A stretch of 64,000 nucleotides of DNA from an uncultured Candidatus Saccharibacteria bacterium (lineage in GTDB: Bacteria; Patescibacteriota; Minisyncoccia; UBA11713; 2-01-FULL-45-33), in the NCBI GenBank assembly GCA_964464405.1, contig CAYXFX010000001.1:3466-67465 (forward strand). The letters are read 5' to 3'. Position numbers and translations under genes: made by a program. The notes under the pieces were generated by a model, which saw nothing but the letters and a program-made list of their open reading frames with translations, did not search any database and was not told the DNA's origin. Shown here one piece after another: positions 9,103 through 19,285 of this stretch (position 1 is its first letter; each line of letters opens with the position of its first letter).

Positions 9103-11202
9103 ATGGCACGCGAATATCCGATCGAAAAAGTAAGAGATATAGGAATCATCGCTCATATTGATGCAGGGAAAACTACGGTTTCTGAGCGGGTTCTTTTTTA
9201 TACCGGAATTTCTCATAAAATTGGTGAGGTGCACGAGGGCGAGGCTGTAATGGATTGGATGGAGCAGGAGCGTGAGCGCGGAATTACTATTACATCTGCA
9301 GCAACAACCTGTTTTTGGAAGCCCACATATCTTCCGCAGGAGAAAAAAAATGAATATCGGATAAATATCATTGATACTCCCGGCCACGTGGATTTTACAG
9401 TCGAGGTGGAGCGCTCGCTTCGCGTTTTAGACGGAGGAGTTGTTGTTTTTGACGGTGTTGCCGGAGTTGAACCCCAATCTGAAACCGTCTGGAGGCAAGC
9501 AGATAAATATAATGTGCCCAGAATTTGTTTTATAAATAAGCTCGATCGCATGGGGGCTTCTTTTGATAACAGTTTTAAATCTATTCTTGACCGCTTAACT
9601 CCGAATGCCGTTGCAATTACTATTCCTGTGGGGCTTGAATCGGATTTCGCGGGAATAATCGATCTTATGCGGATGAAATTTATTAAATTTGAAGGAGTAA
9701 ACGGTGAAAAAATAGTAGAAGAAGAAATTCCTGAAGATAAAAAGGATTACGTAAAGGAATGGCGGCATAAATTGATTGAACGTATTGCGGGAGAAGACGA
9801 CGTGCTAACTGAAAAATATCTGGAAGGAAAGGACATCAGCATTGACGAGCTAAGAAGCGCATTAAGGAAGGCAACAATTTCATATAAATTGGTTCCTGTT
9901 TTTTGCGGATCTGCTTTAAAAAATAAAGGAGTGCAGATAATGTTAGACGGCGTAATAGATTATTTACCTAGTCCAATTGAGCTTCCTCCTACAAAAGGAG
10001 TTGGTTTTAAGGGAGAGGAAGTTGCACGCGAAGCAAAGGACGATGTTCCTTTTACAGCACTTGCATTTAAATTACAGACCGATCCCTATGTCGGACAGCT
10101 TACATATTTTCGGGTTTATTCAGGCGTGCTTTCTGCTGGTTCTTACGTTTTAAATTCAACAACCGACAGCAAGGAACGCGTGGGCAGAATTTTGCGCATG
10201 CATGCAAACCACAGAGAAGAAGTAAAAGAAATGCAGGCTGGAGATATCGGCGCGATCGTTGGCCTAAAAAATACTAAAACAGGAGACACTCTTTGCGATC
10301 CGGATCACCCGATAATTTTAGAGAAAATTACATTCCCCGAACCAGTTGTTTCCTTGAGGATTGAACCTAAAACAAAAGCGGACCAGGAGAAAATGGGGTT
10401 GGCTTTGCACCGTCTTTCCGAAGAGGATCCAACCTTCAGAATTAAAGGGGACGAAGAAACTATGGAGACAATTATTTCTGGCATGGGCGAACTGCATTTA
10501 GAAATTATTGTTGATCGAATGAAAAGAGAATTTAAAGTTGAGGCAAACGTAGGGCGCCCACAGGTTGCTTATAAAGAAACAGTTAAAAAAGAAGCTGAAG
10601 CCGAAGGAAAATATATTAAGCAATCGGGAGGAAGGGGGCAATACGGCCATGTATGGCTTCGTGTAAAGCCATTGGAAAGAGGCAAGGGTTTTGAATTTGA
10701 AAATGCAATCAGAGGCGGAGTAATTCCGCAAGAATTTATTCCGGCAGTTGAAAAAGGAGTGTTGGAAACTTTAGACAAGGGGGTTGTTGCTGGGTATCCG
10801 ATGGTTGATATGGAGGTGACGCTTTATGACGGATCGTATCACGAAGTGGACTCATCTGAGGCTGCATTTAAAATCGCGGGATCGATCGCTTTAAAAGAAG
10901 CTGTAAAACGCGCAACGCCCGTAATTTTAGAGCCCGTTATGAAAGTTGAAGTTGTAACACCAGATCAATTTTTGGGGGATATCACGGGCGATTTATCTTC
11001 AAAACGCGGAAGAATTGAAAGAATGTCTGAGCGGACGAATGTGAAAGTTATAGATGCGAAAGTTCCGCTTTCTGAAATGTTCGGGTATGTAACAAAACTC
11101 CGCTCGATGACAGAAGGAAGAGCGAGTTACACGATGGAGTTTGACCACTACGAAGAAGTTCCGAATAATATTGCGGAGTTGATTAAGGAAGGAAAAAAGT
11201 AA
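9103..11202 (+). CDS. fusA: Elongation factor G
   Basis: [26 protein letters not shown], 699 aa. Confidence 0.99.
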   Translation: MAREYPIEKVRDIGIIAHIDAGKTTVSERVLFYTGISHKIGEVHEGEAVMDWMEQERERGITITSAATTCFWKPTYLPQEKKNEYRINIIDTPGHVDFTVEVERSLRVLDGGVVVFDGVAGVEPQSETVWRQADKYNVPRICFINKLDRMGASFDNSFKSILDRLTPNAVAITIPVGLESDFAGIIDLMRMKFIKFEGVNGEKIVEEEIPEDKKDYVKEWRHKLIERIAGEDDVLTEKYLEGKDISIDELRSALRKATISYKLVPVFCGSALKNKGVQIMLDGVIDYLPSPIELPPTKGVGFKGEEVAREAKDDVPFTALAFKLQTDPYVGQLTYFRVYSGVLSAGSYVLNSTTDSKERVGRILRMHANHREEVKEMQAGDIGAIVGLKNTKTGDTLCDPDHPIILEKITFPEPVVSLRIEPKTKADQEKMGLALHRLSEEDPTFRIKGDEETMETIISGMGELHLEIIVDRMKREFKVEANVGRPQVAYKETVKKEAEAEGKYIKQSGGRGQYGHVWLRVKPLERGKGFEFENAIRGGVIPQEFIPAVEKGVLETLDKGVVAGYPMVDMEVTLYDGSYHEVDSSEAAFKIAGSIALKEAVKRATPVILEPVMKVEVVTPDQFLGDITGDLSSKRGRIERMSERTNVKVIDAKVPLSEMFGYVTKLRSMTEGRASYTMEFDHYEEVPNNIAELIKEGKK

Positions 11203-11320
11203 TTTTAAATTCTCAATTATCAACTTACAATGAATTTTCAATATTAAATTAATTTTCAATTTAAAATTTTAAATTATATATTTATTGAAAATTGGAAATT
11301 AAAAATTGTAAATTTTTCAA
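11203..11320. repeat. AT-rich heptamer repeats in inverted arrangement
   Basis: AATTTTCAAT-type units followed by ATTGA-AAATTGG-AAATTAA-AAATTGT-AAATT. Confidence 0.6.
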
Positions 11321-11322
11321 CC

Positions 11323-11478
11323 ATGGACGATGACTTAATTTTAGGCGAGGAATTTTTGTCTGAAACGGTAGACCAAATTTTTTTGGACGATGCGCCGCAA
11401 GGCGAAACACTTCTCTCCGAAAAACTTCTCTCGCAAAATTTAGAGGAAGAACTTTCCCTTGACGACTTGCCCTTATAG
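11323..11478 (+). CDS. Putative 51-aa highly acidic protein (below ORF-track cutoff)
   Basis: Translated by hand: MDDDLILGEEFLSETVDQIFLDDAPQGETLLSEKLLSQNLEEELSLDDLPL; 16 D/E, 1 K; co-oriented with the operon. Confidence 0.55.
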   Translation: MDDDLILGEEFLSETVDQIFLDDAPQGETLLSEKLLSQNLEEELSLDDLPL

Positions 11479-11498
11479 ATTTTTTGCAGTTTTTTGCT

Positions 11499-11536
11499 TG
11501 TTGCATTTTCGATACGATCGTGATAGTTTTGCAACA
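11499..11536. repeat. 38-bp palindromic direct repeat, copy 1
   Basis: TGTTGCATTTTCGATACGATCGTGATAGTTTTGCAACA; last A is the A of the downstream ATG. Confidence 0.9.
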
Positions 11537-12102
11537 TGGGTCAACGGTTAAGTAAAAGAGAAAAAGATAAAAAAGTAAAAAATGGCAAATTTTCTGCCCC
11601 CAACTTTGTATTGTTGACGCTCAATAGAATGGTTAATTGCCCGTTCGAAATACTGTTGGAATCCGGAAAAATAAAAAACCAACTAAGGCCTTCGTCAACA
11701 AAGTCTGCTGTATACAGATTGCAAAAAAGAAATTTAATTTTTGCTGAACGGCGCGGAAAGAAAATTTTGTTTGCTCTTACAGAAGAAGGAGCAAAAGAAG
11801 CCGAAAAAATCAAATTTAAATTTACGAAGCCAAATTTTCAAAAGTGGGATGGAAAGTGGAGAGTTATTATTTTTGATATTCCGGAAAAATTACGTGGCAA
11901 ACGCGACTTGTTAAGAAAAGAGCTTGTTGGTTTTGGATTTATGCAACTTCAAAAAAGCGTTTGGGCTTATCCTAACTCGTTACCCAATGAGTTTATAGAT
12001 TTTTGGAGAGAAGCCGGGATATTAAAACATTGCGTAATTTTTGAAGCGGATAGAATAGAAAACGGAAAAAATTTGGAAAAATTCTTTTTCAACAAAGTTT
12101 AA
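11536..12102 (+). CDS. PaaX-like protein (wHTH + Cas2-like ferredoxin-fold domain)
   Basis: SAVYRLQKRNLI...LTEEG winged helix; WDGKWRVIIFDIPE...LRKEL..FGF.QLQKSVW. Confidence 0.85.
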   Translation: MGQRLSKREKDKKVKNGKFSAPNFVLLTLNRMVNCPFEILLESGKIKNQLRPSSTKSAVYRLQKRNLIFAERRGKKILFALTEEGAKEAEKIKFKFTKPNFQKWDGKWRVIIFDIPEKLRGKRDLLRKELVGFGFMQLQKSVWAYPNSLPNEFIDFWREAGILKHCVIFEADRIENGKNLEKFFFNKV

Positions 12103-12128
12103 AAGTTGAATACAAAATAAATAGTTTG

Positions 12129-12166
12129 TGTTGCATTTTTATTACGATCGTATCAGTTTTGCAACA
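12129..12166. repeat. 38-bp palindromic direct repeat, copy 2
   Basis: TGTTGCATTTTTATTACGATCGTATCAGTTTTGCAACA; 32/38 identical to copy 1. Confidence 0.9.
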
Positions 12167-12233
12167 AAGATGTTTTTGACTATTTTTGTTTTTTTATGCC
12201 CAGTTTTTGCCCATTATGAACGGTTTCATGGTA

Positions 12234-12262
12234 TTGACACGTTTTTTAGCATCGTATAACAT
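12234..12262 (+). promoter_or_regulatory. Putative sigma70 promoter for tuf
   Basis: TTGACA-17-TAACAT upstream of tuf. Confidence 0.55.
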
Positions 12263-12322
12263 ACTTCGTATACGCGATTTTGTCGCGTGTTGGCTTTTAA
12301 TAACCTAAATTTTATATAAATT

Positions 12323-13516
12323 ATGGCAGAGAAATTTGAAAGGACGAAGCCGCACTTAAATGTGGGAACTATAGGACACGTCGACCATGGAAAGACCACC
12401 TTAACAGCGGCAATTTTAAATGTATTAAATTTGGCCGGAAATAAGGCCAGAATCGAGAAAGTCGAAGATATCGACAATGCTCCAGAAGAGAGACAGCGCG
12501 GAATTACTATTGCTCTTCACCACTCTGAATACGAGACAGAAAAGCGCCACTACGCGCATATCGATGCCCCGGGGCACGCTGATTACATCAAAAACATGAT
12601 CACGGGAGCCGCCCAAATGGATGGCGCTGTTTTGGTGGTTTCGGCGGCGGATGGGCCGATGCCTCAAACAAGAGAGCACATTTTGCTTGCGCGCCAAGTC
12701 GGAGTGCCTGCAATTGTGGTTTTCTTAAACAAAGTTGATATGGTGGACGACAAAGAGCTCGTTGATCTAGTGGAAACAGAAGTAAGAGAACTTTTGACAA
12801 AATATGAATACCCGGGAGACAAAACCCCGATTATCCGCGGTTCAGCGTTAAAAGCACTTGAAGCCAAATCAAAAGATGATGAATGGGCAAAGCCGATTTT
12901 GGAATTAGCCAAACAACTTGACGAATATATTCCTGAACCAGTTCGCGACATAGAAAAGCCATTTCTTATGCCTGTTGAAGATGTTTTTTCAATTGAAGGA
13001 AGAGGGACGGTTGTTACCGGCCGTATTGAAAGAGGAAAAATTAAATTAAACGAAGAAATCGAAATTGTAGGTTTGAAAGATACCCAGAAAACTGTTGTAA
13101 CTGGAATCGAAATGTTCAATAAACAATTGGATGAAGGAATGTCGGGAGACAACGCGGGTATATTGTTAAGAGGCGTTAAAAAAGAAGATGTCGAGCGTGG
13201 ACAGGTTTTAGCAAAACCCGGTTCAATTACCCCTCATACCGAATTTGAAGCCGAAATTTATGTGCTTACCAAAGAAGAGGGAGGACGCCATACGCCGTTC
13301 TTTACCGGATATAAGCCCCAATTTTATATCAGAACGACCGATGTTACCGGCGAAGTTACTTTACCGCAAGGAACTGAAATGGTAATGCCGGGAGACACAG
13401 TAAAATTTAGCGTAAAACTTATAGCGCCGGTTGCTCTTGAAGAAAAATTGAGATTTGCGGTTCGCGAAGGAGGAAAGACGGTAGGAGCGGGAATTGTAAC
13501 CAAAATTAATAAATAA
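12323..13516 (+). CDS. tuf: Elongation factor Tu
   Basis: [33 protein letters not shown]. Confidence 0.99.
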   Translation: MAEKFERTKPHLNVGTIGHVDHGKTTLTAAILNVLNLAGNKARIEKVEDIDNAPEERQRGITIALHHSEYETEKRHYAHIDAPGHADYIKNMITGAAQMDGAVLVVSAADGPMPQTREHILLARQVGVPAIVVFLNKVDMVDDKELVDLVETEVRELLTKYEYPGDKTPIIRGSALKALEAKSKDDEWAKPILELAKQLDEYIPEPVRDIEKPFLMPVEDVFSIEGRGTVVTGRIERGKIKLNEEIEIVGLKDTQKTVVTGIEMFNKQLDEGMSGDNAGILLRGVKKEDVERGQVLAKPGSITPHTEFEAEIYVLTKEEGGRHTPFFTGYKPQFYIRTTDVTGEVTLPQGTEMVMPGDTVKFSVKLIAPVALEEKLRFAVREGGKTVGAGIVTKINK

Positions 13517-13554
13517 TCTTTAACAACTAAACCAGTTAACTCTAATTAACAGCA

Positions 13555-13896
13555 ATGGCCGCAGCAAGCCCAAAAACAAAAGAAGCGCCCGAGATAACGA
13601 AGCTTCGAATCCGTGTTCGCGCGTACGACCACAAAATTTTGGACTCTTCGGTGAAGCAGATAGTGGATACCGCATTAAGATATGGAGCTGAAATAACAGG
13701 TCCTGTGCCGTTGCCGACTGAAATCAAAAAGTATACGGTAAATCGCTCGTCTTTCGTTTACAAAAATGCAAGAGAACAGTTTGAAATGAGAGTCCACAAG
13801 CGCTTGATAGATATTTTAAACCCTACTCCTAAAATTATTGATGCTCTGACAAATCTCAATTTGCCTGCGGGAGTGGATATAGAAGTAAAAATGTAA
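13555..13896 (+). CDS. rpsJ: 30S ribosomal protein S10
   Basis: [31 protein letters not shown]. Confidence 0.98.
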   Translation: MAAASPKTKEAPEITKLRIRVRAYDHKILDSSVKQIVDTALRYGAEITGPVPLPTEIKKYTVNRSSFVYKNAREQFEMRVHKRLIDILNPTPKIIDALTNLNLPAGVDIEVKM

Positions 13897-14501
13897 TGAC
13901 AAAATTTATACTCGCAAAAAAAATCGAAATGTCTCAAATTTTCGATGATAAAGGCACTGTACATCCCGTAACATGGCTGGAGGCTGGGCCTGTTTTTGTG
14001 ACACAAAAAAAATCTAAAGAAAAAGACGGTTACGTTGCAGTACAAATTGGATTTGGTTCAAAAAAAGAAAAGAATGTAAAAAAACCACAAAAAAGACTCG
14101 GAAACTTCAGTGTTTTTAAGGAATTTAGGCAAAGAGACGAATCCGAACCTCCTTTAAATATTGGAGATAAAATTGATGCATCAGTTTTTGGAGAGGGAGA
14201 CGTTGTAGAAGTTAGCGGAACTTCCAAGGGAAAAGGTTTTCAGGGAGTTGTAAAAAGGCACGGCTTTCATGGCGGACCGCGTACCCATGGGCAAAAACAT
14301 TCCGAGCGCGAACCCGGTTCGATCGGGGCAGTGTGGCCACAGAGAGTTTTAAAGGGTAAGCGAATGGCCGGGCACATGGGGGTGGACCGTATTACCGTAA
14401 AAAATCTTAAAGTTATAAAAATTCTTCCTGATAAAAACCTAATGGCCATTGAAGGCGCAATCCCAGGCCACAGAGGAAGCCTGGTTGAAGTAAGAGGATA
14501 A
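13896..14501 (+). CDS. rplC: 50S ribosomal protein L3
   Basis: SKGKGFQGVVKRHGF, HG...REPGSIG. Confidence 0.98.
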   Translation: MTKFILAKKIEMSQIFDDKGTVHPVTWLEAGPVFVTQKKSKEKDGYVAVQIGFGSKKEKNVKKPQKRLGNFSVFKEFRQRDESEPPLNIGDKIDASVFGEGDVVEVSGTSKGKGFQGVVKRHGFHGGPRTHGQKHSEREPGSIGAVWPQRVLKGKRMAGHMGVDRITVKNLKVIKILPDKNLMAIEGAIPGHRGSLVEVRG

Positions 14502-14521
14502 AAATTTGTAAATTTGCCCCC

Positions 14522-14672
14522 TTGCGAGGGTTTTTTGTTCATGCTAGCATTAAAATCACTTGTGAGAATGAATAGAAATTTAGAAATTAACTTTATGAAA
14601 GGGTGAAGTGACCCATTATTTCGGTGGATTTAGCGCCGAGACGGGGCATGCCCGCCTCGGTTTTGTTTTTTT
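14522..14672 (+). promoter_or_regulatory. Internal promoter-like sequence and terminator-like hairpin between rplC and rplD
   Basis: TTGCGA-17-TAGCAT with TG extension (14522-14550); CCGAG-A-CGGG/CCCG-C-CTCGG hairpin (14636-14660) + T tract ending at rplD ATG. Confidence 0.45.
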
Positions 14673-15323
14673 ATGAAAGTAGAAACTTACAACACAAGCG
14701 GAGAAAAAATAGGAAAGGCTGATCTTCCGGATCGGATTTTTGGAGCTCGTTGGAATCAGGCGCTAGTAAAACAAGTTTATGACGGAGAAATGGCAAATAA
14801 GCGATTGCCTTGGGCACATACAAAAACTAGAGGCGAAGTTTCTGGAGGCGGGAAAAAACCGTGGAGGCAAAAAGGAACGGGGCGTGCGAGGCACGGGTCA
14901 ATCAGATCGCCATTGTGGATAGGAGGAGGAGTTTCGCATGGGCCAAGAAATGAAAGAAGCTTTAAAGTAAAAATCAATAAGAAAATGAGAAGAGGTGCTC
15001 TGCTCTCGCTTCTTTCTAAAAAATTAAATGAAAAAGAGATTTTAGTACTCGACGACTTTAATTTAGTAAATTCGAAAACAAAAGAAATATTTACAATTTT
15101 TAAAAATCTGCGAGAAAAAGCAGAGGCTTACCGTTTAGGAGAAAAGGGCGGAAAAACGTTGCTTGCACTTCTAAAAAACGAAAATGCGCTTCGCGCTTCA
15201 AAAAATTTGCCTTACGTAAATTTTATTGAGCCCCGAAATTTAAATGTAATTGAACTGCTACACAATAAATATGTAGTATTGGACAAATTGAGCATTGAGG
15301 AATTAGAAAAAGTATTTAAATAA
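14673..15323 (+). CDS. rplD: 50S ribosomal protein L4
   Basis: TKTRGEVSGGGKKPWRQKGTGRARHGS. Confidence 0.98.
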   Translation: MKVETYNTSGEKIGKADLPDRIFGARWNQALVKQVYDGEMANKRLPWAHTKTRGEVSGGGKKPWRQKGTGRARHGSIRSPLWIGGGVSHGPRNERSFKVKINKKMRRGALLSLLSKKLNEKEILVLDDFNLVNSKTKEIFTIFKNLREKAEAYRLGEKGGKTLLALLKNENALRASKNLPYVNFIEPRNLNVIELLHNKYVVLDKLSIEELEKVFK

Positions 15324-15325
15324 CC

Positions 15326-15790
15326 ATGCCGTTTAATATAAACCAAATTTTGGGAAGCTGGAGACGGAAAGAAACCAAAGGGAAAGAAAAATCCCGCGAG
15401 TCTTTAGCGCATCGCAAGGCGGCGGATACCGAAAAAACCATTCCGCAAGTAAGGGACGCAGAAAAAAAGGAAGAGACGTCTATTTCAAAAGAATCTGTCG
15501 TAAAAAAGGGGGAGAGCGAATTTGCTTCGAACCTTCTTATTTCTCCGCATATTTCTGAAAAAGCGACAATCGCAGGCGAGGGAAATTATATTTTTAAAGT
15601 AAATAACAATTCAAATAAAAATAATGTAAAGAAAGCCGTTGAAGAGAGATACGGAGTTGAAGTAACAAAAATAAACGTAATAAACACTCCGGACAAAAAA
15701 AGAAGGAGAGGGGCGGTTTATGGGATAAAATCCGGATATAAGAAAGCAATTATCAGATTAAAAGAAGGACAAACCATTAGCGAATTTTAA
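15326..15790 (+). CDS. rplW: 50S ribosomal protein L23 with charged N-terminal extension
   Basis: PHISEKA...YIFKV...NK..VKKAVE..YGVEV..IN...KKAIIRL; position in S10 operon. Confidence 0.93.
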   Translation: MPFNINQILGSWRRKETKGKEKSRESLAHRKAADTEKTIPQVRDAEKKEETSISKESVVKKGESEFASNLLISPHISEKATIAGEGNYIFKVNNNSNKNNVKKAVEERYGVEVTKINVINTPDKKRRRGAVYGIKSGYKKAIIRLKEGQTISEF

Positions 15791-15805
15791 TCCATTAAAT
15801 TAATT

Positions 15806-16639
15806 ATGAAAGTCTATCCGCCAAGATCACCATCAAGAAGACAGTTAACTGGAATAAATTACCGGGAATTTTTGACGCGCAGAGAGCCCGAAAAATCTTT
15901 GATTAAAGGAATTAAGAAAAATGCCGGAAGAAATAATTTGGGTAGGATTACAACCCGCCATCAAGGAGGAGGATCAAAAAAACTTTTAAGATTTATTGAT
16001 TTTAAATTTGATAAAAAAGATATCCCCGCGCGCGTGCTTTCGGTTGAATACGATCCTTTCCGCACCGCGTTTATCGGGCTTGTTTTATATAAAGATGGAG
16101 AAAAACGGTATGTTGTTTTGCCTAAAGACGTTCGACCGGGAAGAGAAATTTTAGTTTCGGAAAACGCTCCGCTCATCGCGGGGAATCGTTTGCCGATGTC
16201 CGCGCTTCCTGTCGGAGCTCTTATTTACAACGTTTCTTTGTCTCCTGAAGGTAAGGCTGCCTTGGTGAGATCTGCCGGATCTTTTGCGGAAGTTCTTGCG
16301 CAAGACGAGGGTTTAACTACAATAAAACTGCCTTCGGGAGAAATAAGAAAAGTTACAAGCCGCGCTTGGGCAAGTATTGGACAAGTTTCAAACGACGAAC
16401 ACAGTCTGGTTGTTATCGGAAAAGCAGGAAGATCGCGCTGGATGGGGGTGCGCCCGACTGTTCGCGGATCTGCCATGAATCCTGTTGATCATCCTTACGG
16501 AGGGGGAGAAGGAAGGACAATGCGCGGAACAAGAAGACCGAAAAATAAATGGGGCAAAGGAACAAGAGGAGTAAAAACAAGAAATCGCAACAAGTATTCA
16601 TCAAGATTTATAATTAGCAGAAGAACAAAAAATGGCTAG
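15806..16639 (+). CDS. rplB: 50S ribosomal protein L2
   Basis: [33 protein letters not shown]. Confidence 0.99.
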   Translation: MKVYPPRSPSRRQLTGINYREFLTRREPEKSLIKGIKKNAGRNNLGRITTRHQGGGSKKLLRFIDFKFDKKDIPARVLSVEYDPFRTAFIGLVLYKDGEKRYVVLPKDVRPGREILVSENAPLIAGNRLPMSALPVGALIYNVSLSPEGKAALVRSAGSFAEVLAQDEGLTTIKLPSGEIRKVTSRAWASIGQVSNDEHSLVVIGKAGRSRWMGVRPTVRGSAMNPVDHPYGGGEGRTMRGTRRPKNKWGKGTRGVKTRNRNKYSSRFIISRRTKNG

Positions 16640-16976
16640 GAGTTTAAAAAAAGGAGCATATATTGACGAAAAGTTGCTAAAGAAAATTAGCAATATTAAG
16701 GCTGGGTCAAGAACTGTAATAAAAACTTGGTCTCGCAGATCAACAATCAGTCCGGAAATGGTGGGCTATATATTCGGGGTTCATAATGGCCGAGATTTTA
16801 TCCCAGTAAATGTAACTGAAGAAATGGTGGGGCACAAACTAGGAGAATTTTCACCGACCCGCAAATTCGTGCGCCACGGAGGAAAAATGCAGAAAGAATT
16901 AGAAATGAAAGCCGCTGAAGCCGAGAAAGCTTCAAAAGTTGCGGCGACAGAAGCGGCTCCTGCGGCAAAGAAATAA
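16632..16976 (+). CDS. rpsS: 30S ribosomal protein S19
   Basis: [23 protein letters not shown]; Ala/Lys tail. Confidence 0.98.
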   Translation: MARSLKKGAYIDEKLLKKISNIKAGSRTVIKTWSRRSTISPEMVGYIFGVHNGRDFIPVNVTEEMVGHKLGEFSPTRKFVRHGGKMQKELEMKAAEAEKASKVAATEAAPAAKK

Positions 16977-16989
16977 AAAATAAAATAAT

Positions 16990-17331
16990 ATGAAAGAAAT
17001 AAAAGCACATTTAAGATATTTGAGGATGGCGCCACGGAAAGTGAGGGTTGTTGGAAATGCAATTAGGGGGAAATCTGCGGTGTCCGCAAGCATCGCGCTT
17101 AAACTTATGCCGCGGCGCCCAGCCGAGCCTTTGTTGAAGCTCCTCCGTTCGGCTGTCGCAAACGCAAAGCACAATTTTAATATTTCTGAAGAAAAGCTTG
17201 TTGTTTCCGGCGTTCGTGTGGATAAGGGACCGATTTTAAAACGCTTTATGCCTAGGGCCCGCGGTATGGGCGCTTCGATTCACAAGCATTCGAGTCATAT
17301 TACGATAGTTCTAAAGGAATCGGCTAAATAA
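16990..17331 (+). CDS. rplV: 50S ribosomal protein L22
   Basis: APRKVR, SAVANA, KRFMPRARG. Confidence 0.98.
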   Translation: MKEIKAHLRYLRMAPRKVRVVGNAIRGKSAVSASIALKLMPRRPAEPLLKLLRSAVANAKHNFNISEEKLVVSGVRVDKGPILKRFMPRARGMGASIHKHSSHITIVLKESAK

Positions 17332-17336
17332 AATTT

Positions 17337-18014
17337 ATGAGCAAAACATCACATCCATACGCTTTAAGAATAGGAATTTTGCGGACATGGAAGTCGCGCT
17401 GGTTTAACACGGGAAAATACAGACATCTTTTAAAAGAAGATATCGGACTCAGGGAATTACTGGCAAAAAAATTAAGGGGCATGTTTGTTGATTCGGTAGA
17501 TATTGAAAGATCTCCGACTTCTTTAAACATTACCATAAAAACGGGGCGCCCCGGGCTTTTGATAGGAAGAGGGGGGGAAGGAATCGAAAAATTAAAAAAC
17601 GAAGTTGTTTTATGGTTGAATAAGACAAGAACGAAAGAAAAGAAATTGGAAAAATTAAATCCGGGCGCGGTTAAATTGAACGTGGAAGAAATTAAAACTC
17701 CGGAAATGTATTCAAATATTGTAGTTGAGCAAATTGCGCAGGATCTTGAGAAGCGCCTTCCTTTCAGGCGGGTGATGAAGCAAAACTTAAGCAAGGTTAT
17801 GGCGGTCCACGAAGTGGAAGGTGTAAAAATTGCTCTTTCTGGAAGATTGGATGGAGCTGAAATGGCGCGCTATGAGTGGTTGCGGGAAGGGAAAATTCCG
17901 TTGCAAACATTAAGGGCAGACGTCGATTTTGCGAGAGGCAGAGCTCATCTGCCTTATGGAGACTTAGGAATCAAGGTGTGGATTTATAAAGGCGAGGTTT
18001 TTTATAAAAAATAA
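17337..18014 (+). CDS. rpsC: 30S ribosomal protein S3
   Basis: RPGLLIGRGG, SGRLDGAEMAR, PLQTLRADVD. Confidence 0.98.
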   Translation: MSKTSHPYALRIGILRTWKSRWFNTGKYRHLLKEDIGLRELLAKKLRGMFVDSVDIERSPTSLNITIKTGRPGLLIGRGGEGIEKLKNEVVLWLNKTRTKEKKLEKLNPGAVKLNVEEIKTPEMYSNIVVEQIAQDLEKRLPFRRVMKQNLSKVMAVHEVEGVKIALSGRLDGAEMARYEWLREGKIPLQTLRADVDFARGRAHLPYGDLGIKVWIYKGEVFYKK

Positions 18015-18023
18015 TTTTTGATT

Positions 18024-18440
18024 ATGTTGTTTCCAAAAAGAGTAAAATTTAGAAAATGGCAAAGAAGTGCCACAAAAAGAAAGCTTAAAGAAACGAAGGG
18101 CACGACTTTGGCGTTCGGAGCGTATGGCTTAAAAGCGGAAGAAGCTTTGTGGGTAAAATCCAAACAATTAGAATCGGCAAGGAAAGCAATGACGCATTAT
18201 GTTGAAAGAGGAGGGAAAATTTGGATCAGGATTTTTCCGGATAAGCCCATAACAGCAAAACCGCCAGAAGTTACAATGGGCGCGGGGAAGGGAGATGTTG
18301 TGGGCTATGTTTTCCCAGTACTTCCGGGCAGAATTATTTTTGAAATTGACGGAGTGCCGAAAGAAGTTGCTTACGAGGCATTAAAAAGAGCGGGAGCCAA
18401 GCTTCCTGTAAGAACAAAAGTTGTAAGCAGGGAACATTAA
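18024..18440 (+). CDS. rplP: 50S ribosomal protein L16
   Basis: PKRVKFRK, GKIWIRIFPDKP, MGAGKG. Confidence 0.98.
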   Translation: MLFPKRVKFRKWQRSATKRKLKETKGTTLAFGAYGLKAEEALWVKSKQLESARKAMTHYVERGGKIWIRIFPDKPITAKPPEVTMGAGKGDVVGYVFPVLPGRIIFEIDGVPKEVAYEALKRAGAKLPVRTKVVSREH

Positions 18441-18445
18441 TAACA

Positions 18446-18634
18446 ATGACCAAAATAAAAGATTTAAAAAATTTAAGCAGGGAAGATTTAAGCGCGAAAC
18501 TAAAGGAAGACAAAGCCAGGATTTTAGAGCTGCGCATGAAAAGCTACCAATCGCGGCTTAAAAATGTTAAAGAAGTAAGAAGCATTCGAAAAGATATAGC
18601 ACGGATTTTAACTTTATTAAACCAAAAGAATTAA
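18446..18634 (+). CDS. rpmC: 50S ribosomal protein L29
   Basis: RKDIARILT motif, operon position. Confidence 0.93.
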   Translation: MTKIKDLKNLSREDLSAKLKEDKARILELRMKSYQSRLKNVKEVRSIRKDIARILTLLNQKN

Positions 18635-18635
18635 T

Positions 18636-18863
18636 ATGCAAACACTAAAAGGGAAAATTGTTTCGAATAAAATGAAAAACACCGTTACGGTGGAAGTTTC
18701 GCGCTTAAAAAAACACCGCCGGTACGGGAAATATATGAAAATTTCAAAAAAGTACAAGGCACACACGGAAGAAAATTTATCGGAAGGAATTGATGTATTA
18801 ATAAAGTCGTCTAAACCTATTTCAAAAGATAAGAGGTGGGTTGTGGCTGGAGTGATTAAATAA
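18636..18863 (+). CDS. rpsQ: 30S ribosomal protein S17
   Basis: [23 protein letters not shown]. Confidence 0.96.
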   Translation: MQTLKGKIVSNKMKNTVTVEVSRLKKHRRYGKYMKISKKYKAHTEENLSEGIDVLIKSSKPISKDKRWVVAGVIK

Positions 18864-18873
18864 ATACATAATC

Positions 18874-19239
18874 ATGATTCAACACCGAACAATGTTAAAT
18901 GTAGCCGATAACTCTGGAGCAAAGATTGTCCAGTGTATTAAAGTATTGGGCGGAACAAGAAGGAGATATGCGGCGATAGGAGACATTGTTGTGGTTACGG
19001 TAAAAATTGCAGAACCGAGAAAAATTGTAAAGAAAAAAGAAGTGCACAAGGCTTTGATAATCCGGCAAAAAAATGCGTTGCGGAGAAAGGACGGGTCCTA
19101 CATCCGGTTTGACGACAATGCGGTTGTTATTTTAGAAGGAGAAGAGCCGAAAGGGGGCCGCATTTTCGGTCCGGTGCCGAGAGAAATCAAAGAAAAAGGT
19201 TTTAACAAGATAGCTTCGCTGGCTGAAGAAATTGTATAG
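18874..19239 (+). CDS. rplN: 50S ribosomal protein L14
   Basis: [23 protein letters not shown]. Confidence 0.99.
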   Translation: MIQHRTMLNVADNSGAKIVQCIKVLGGTRRRYAAIGDIVVVTVKIAEPRKIVKKKEVHKALIIRQKNALRRKDGSYIRFDDNAVVILEGEEPKGGRIFGPVPREIKEKGFNKIASLAEEIV

Positions 19240-19285
19240 ATTATTCGTAATTTGTGGATTAGCATAAAATTAGTAAATTAACATC

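Noticed and set aside
11499-12166. CRISPR array / CRISPR-Cas locus
   Set aside because: Only two repeats separated by a whole gene, no spacer-sized units, no cas1 or effector in the window; kept as a repeat-flanked cassette.
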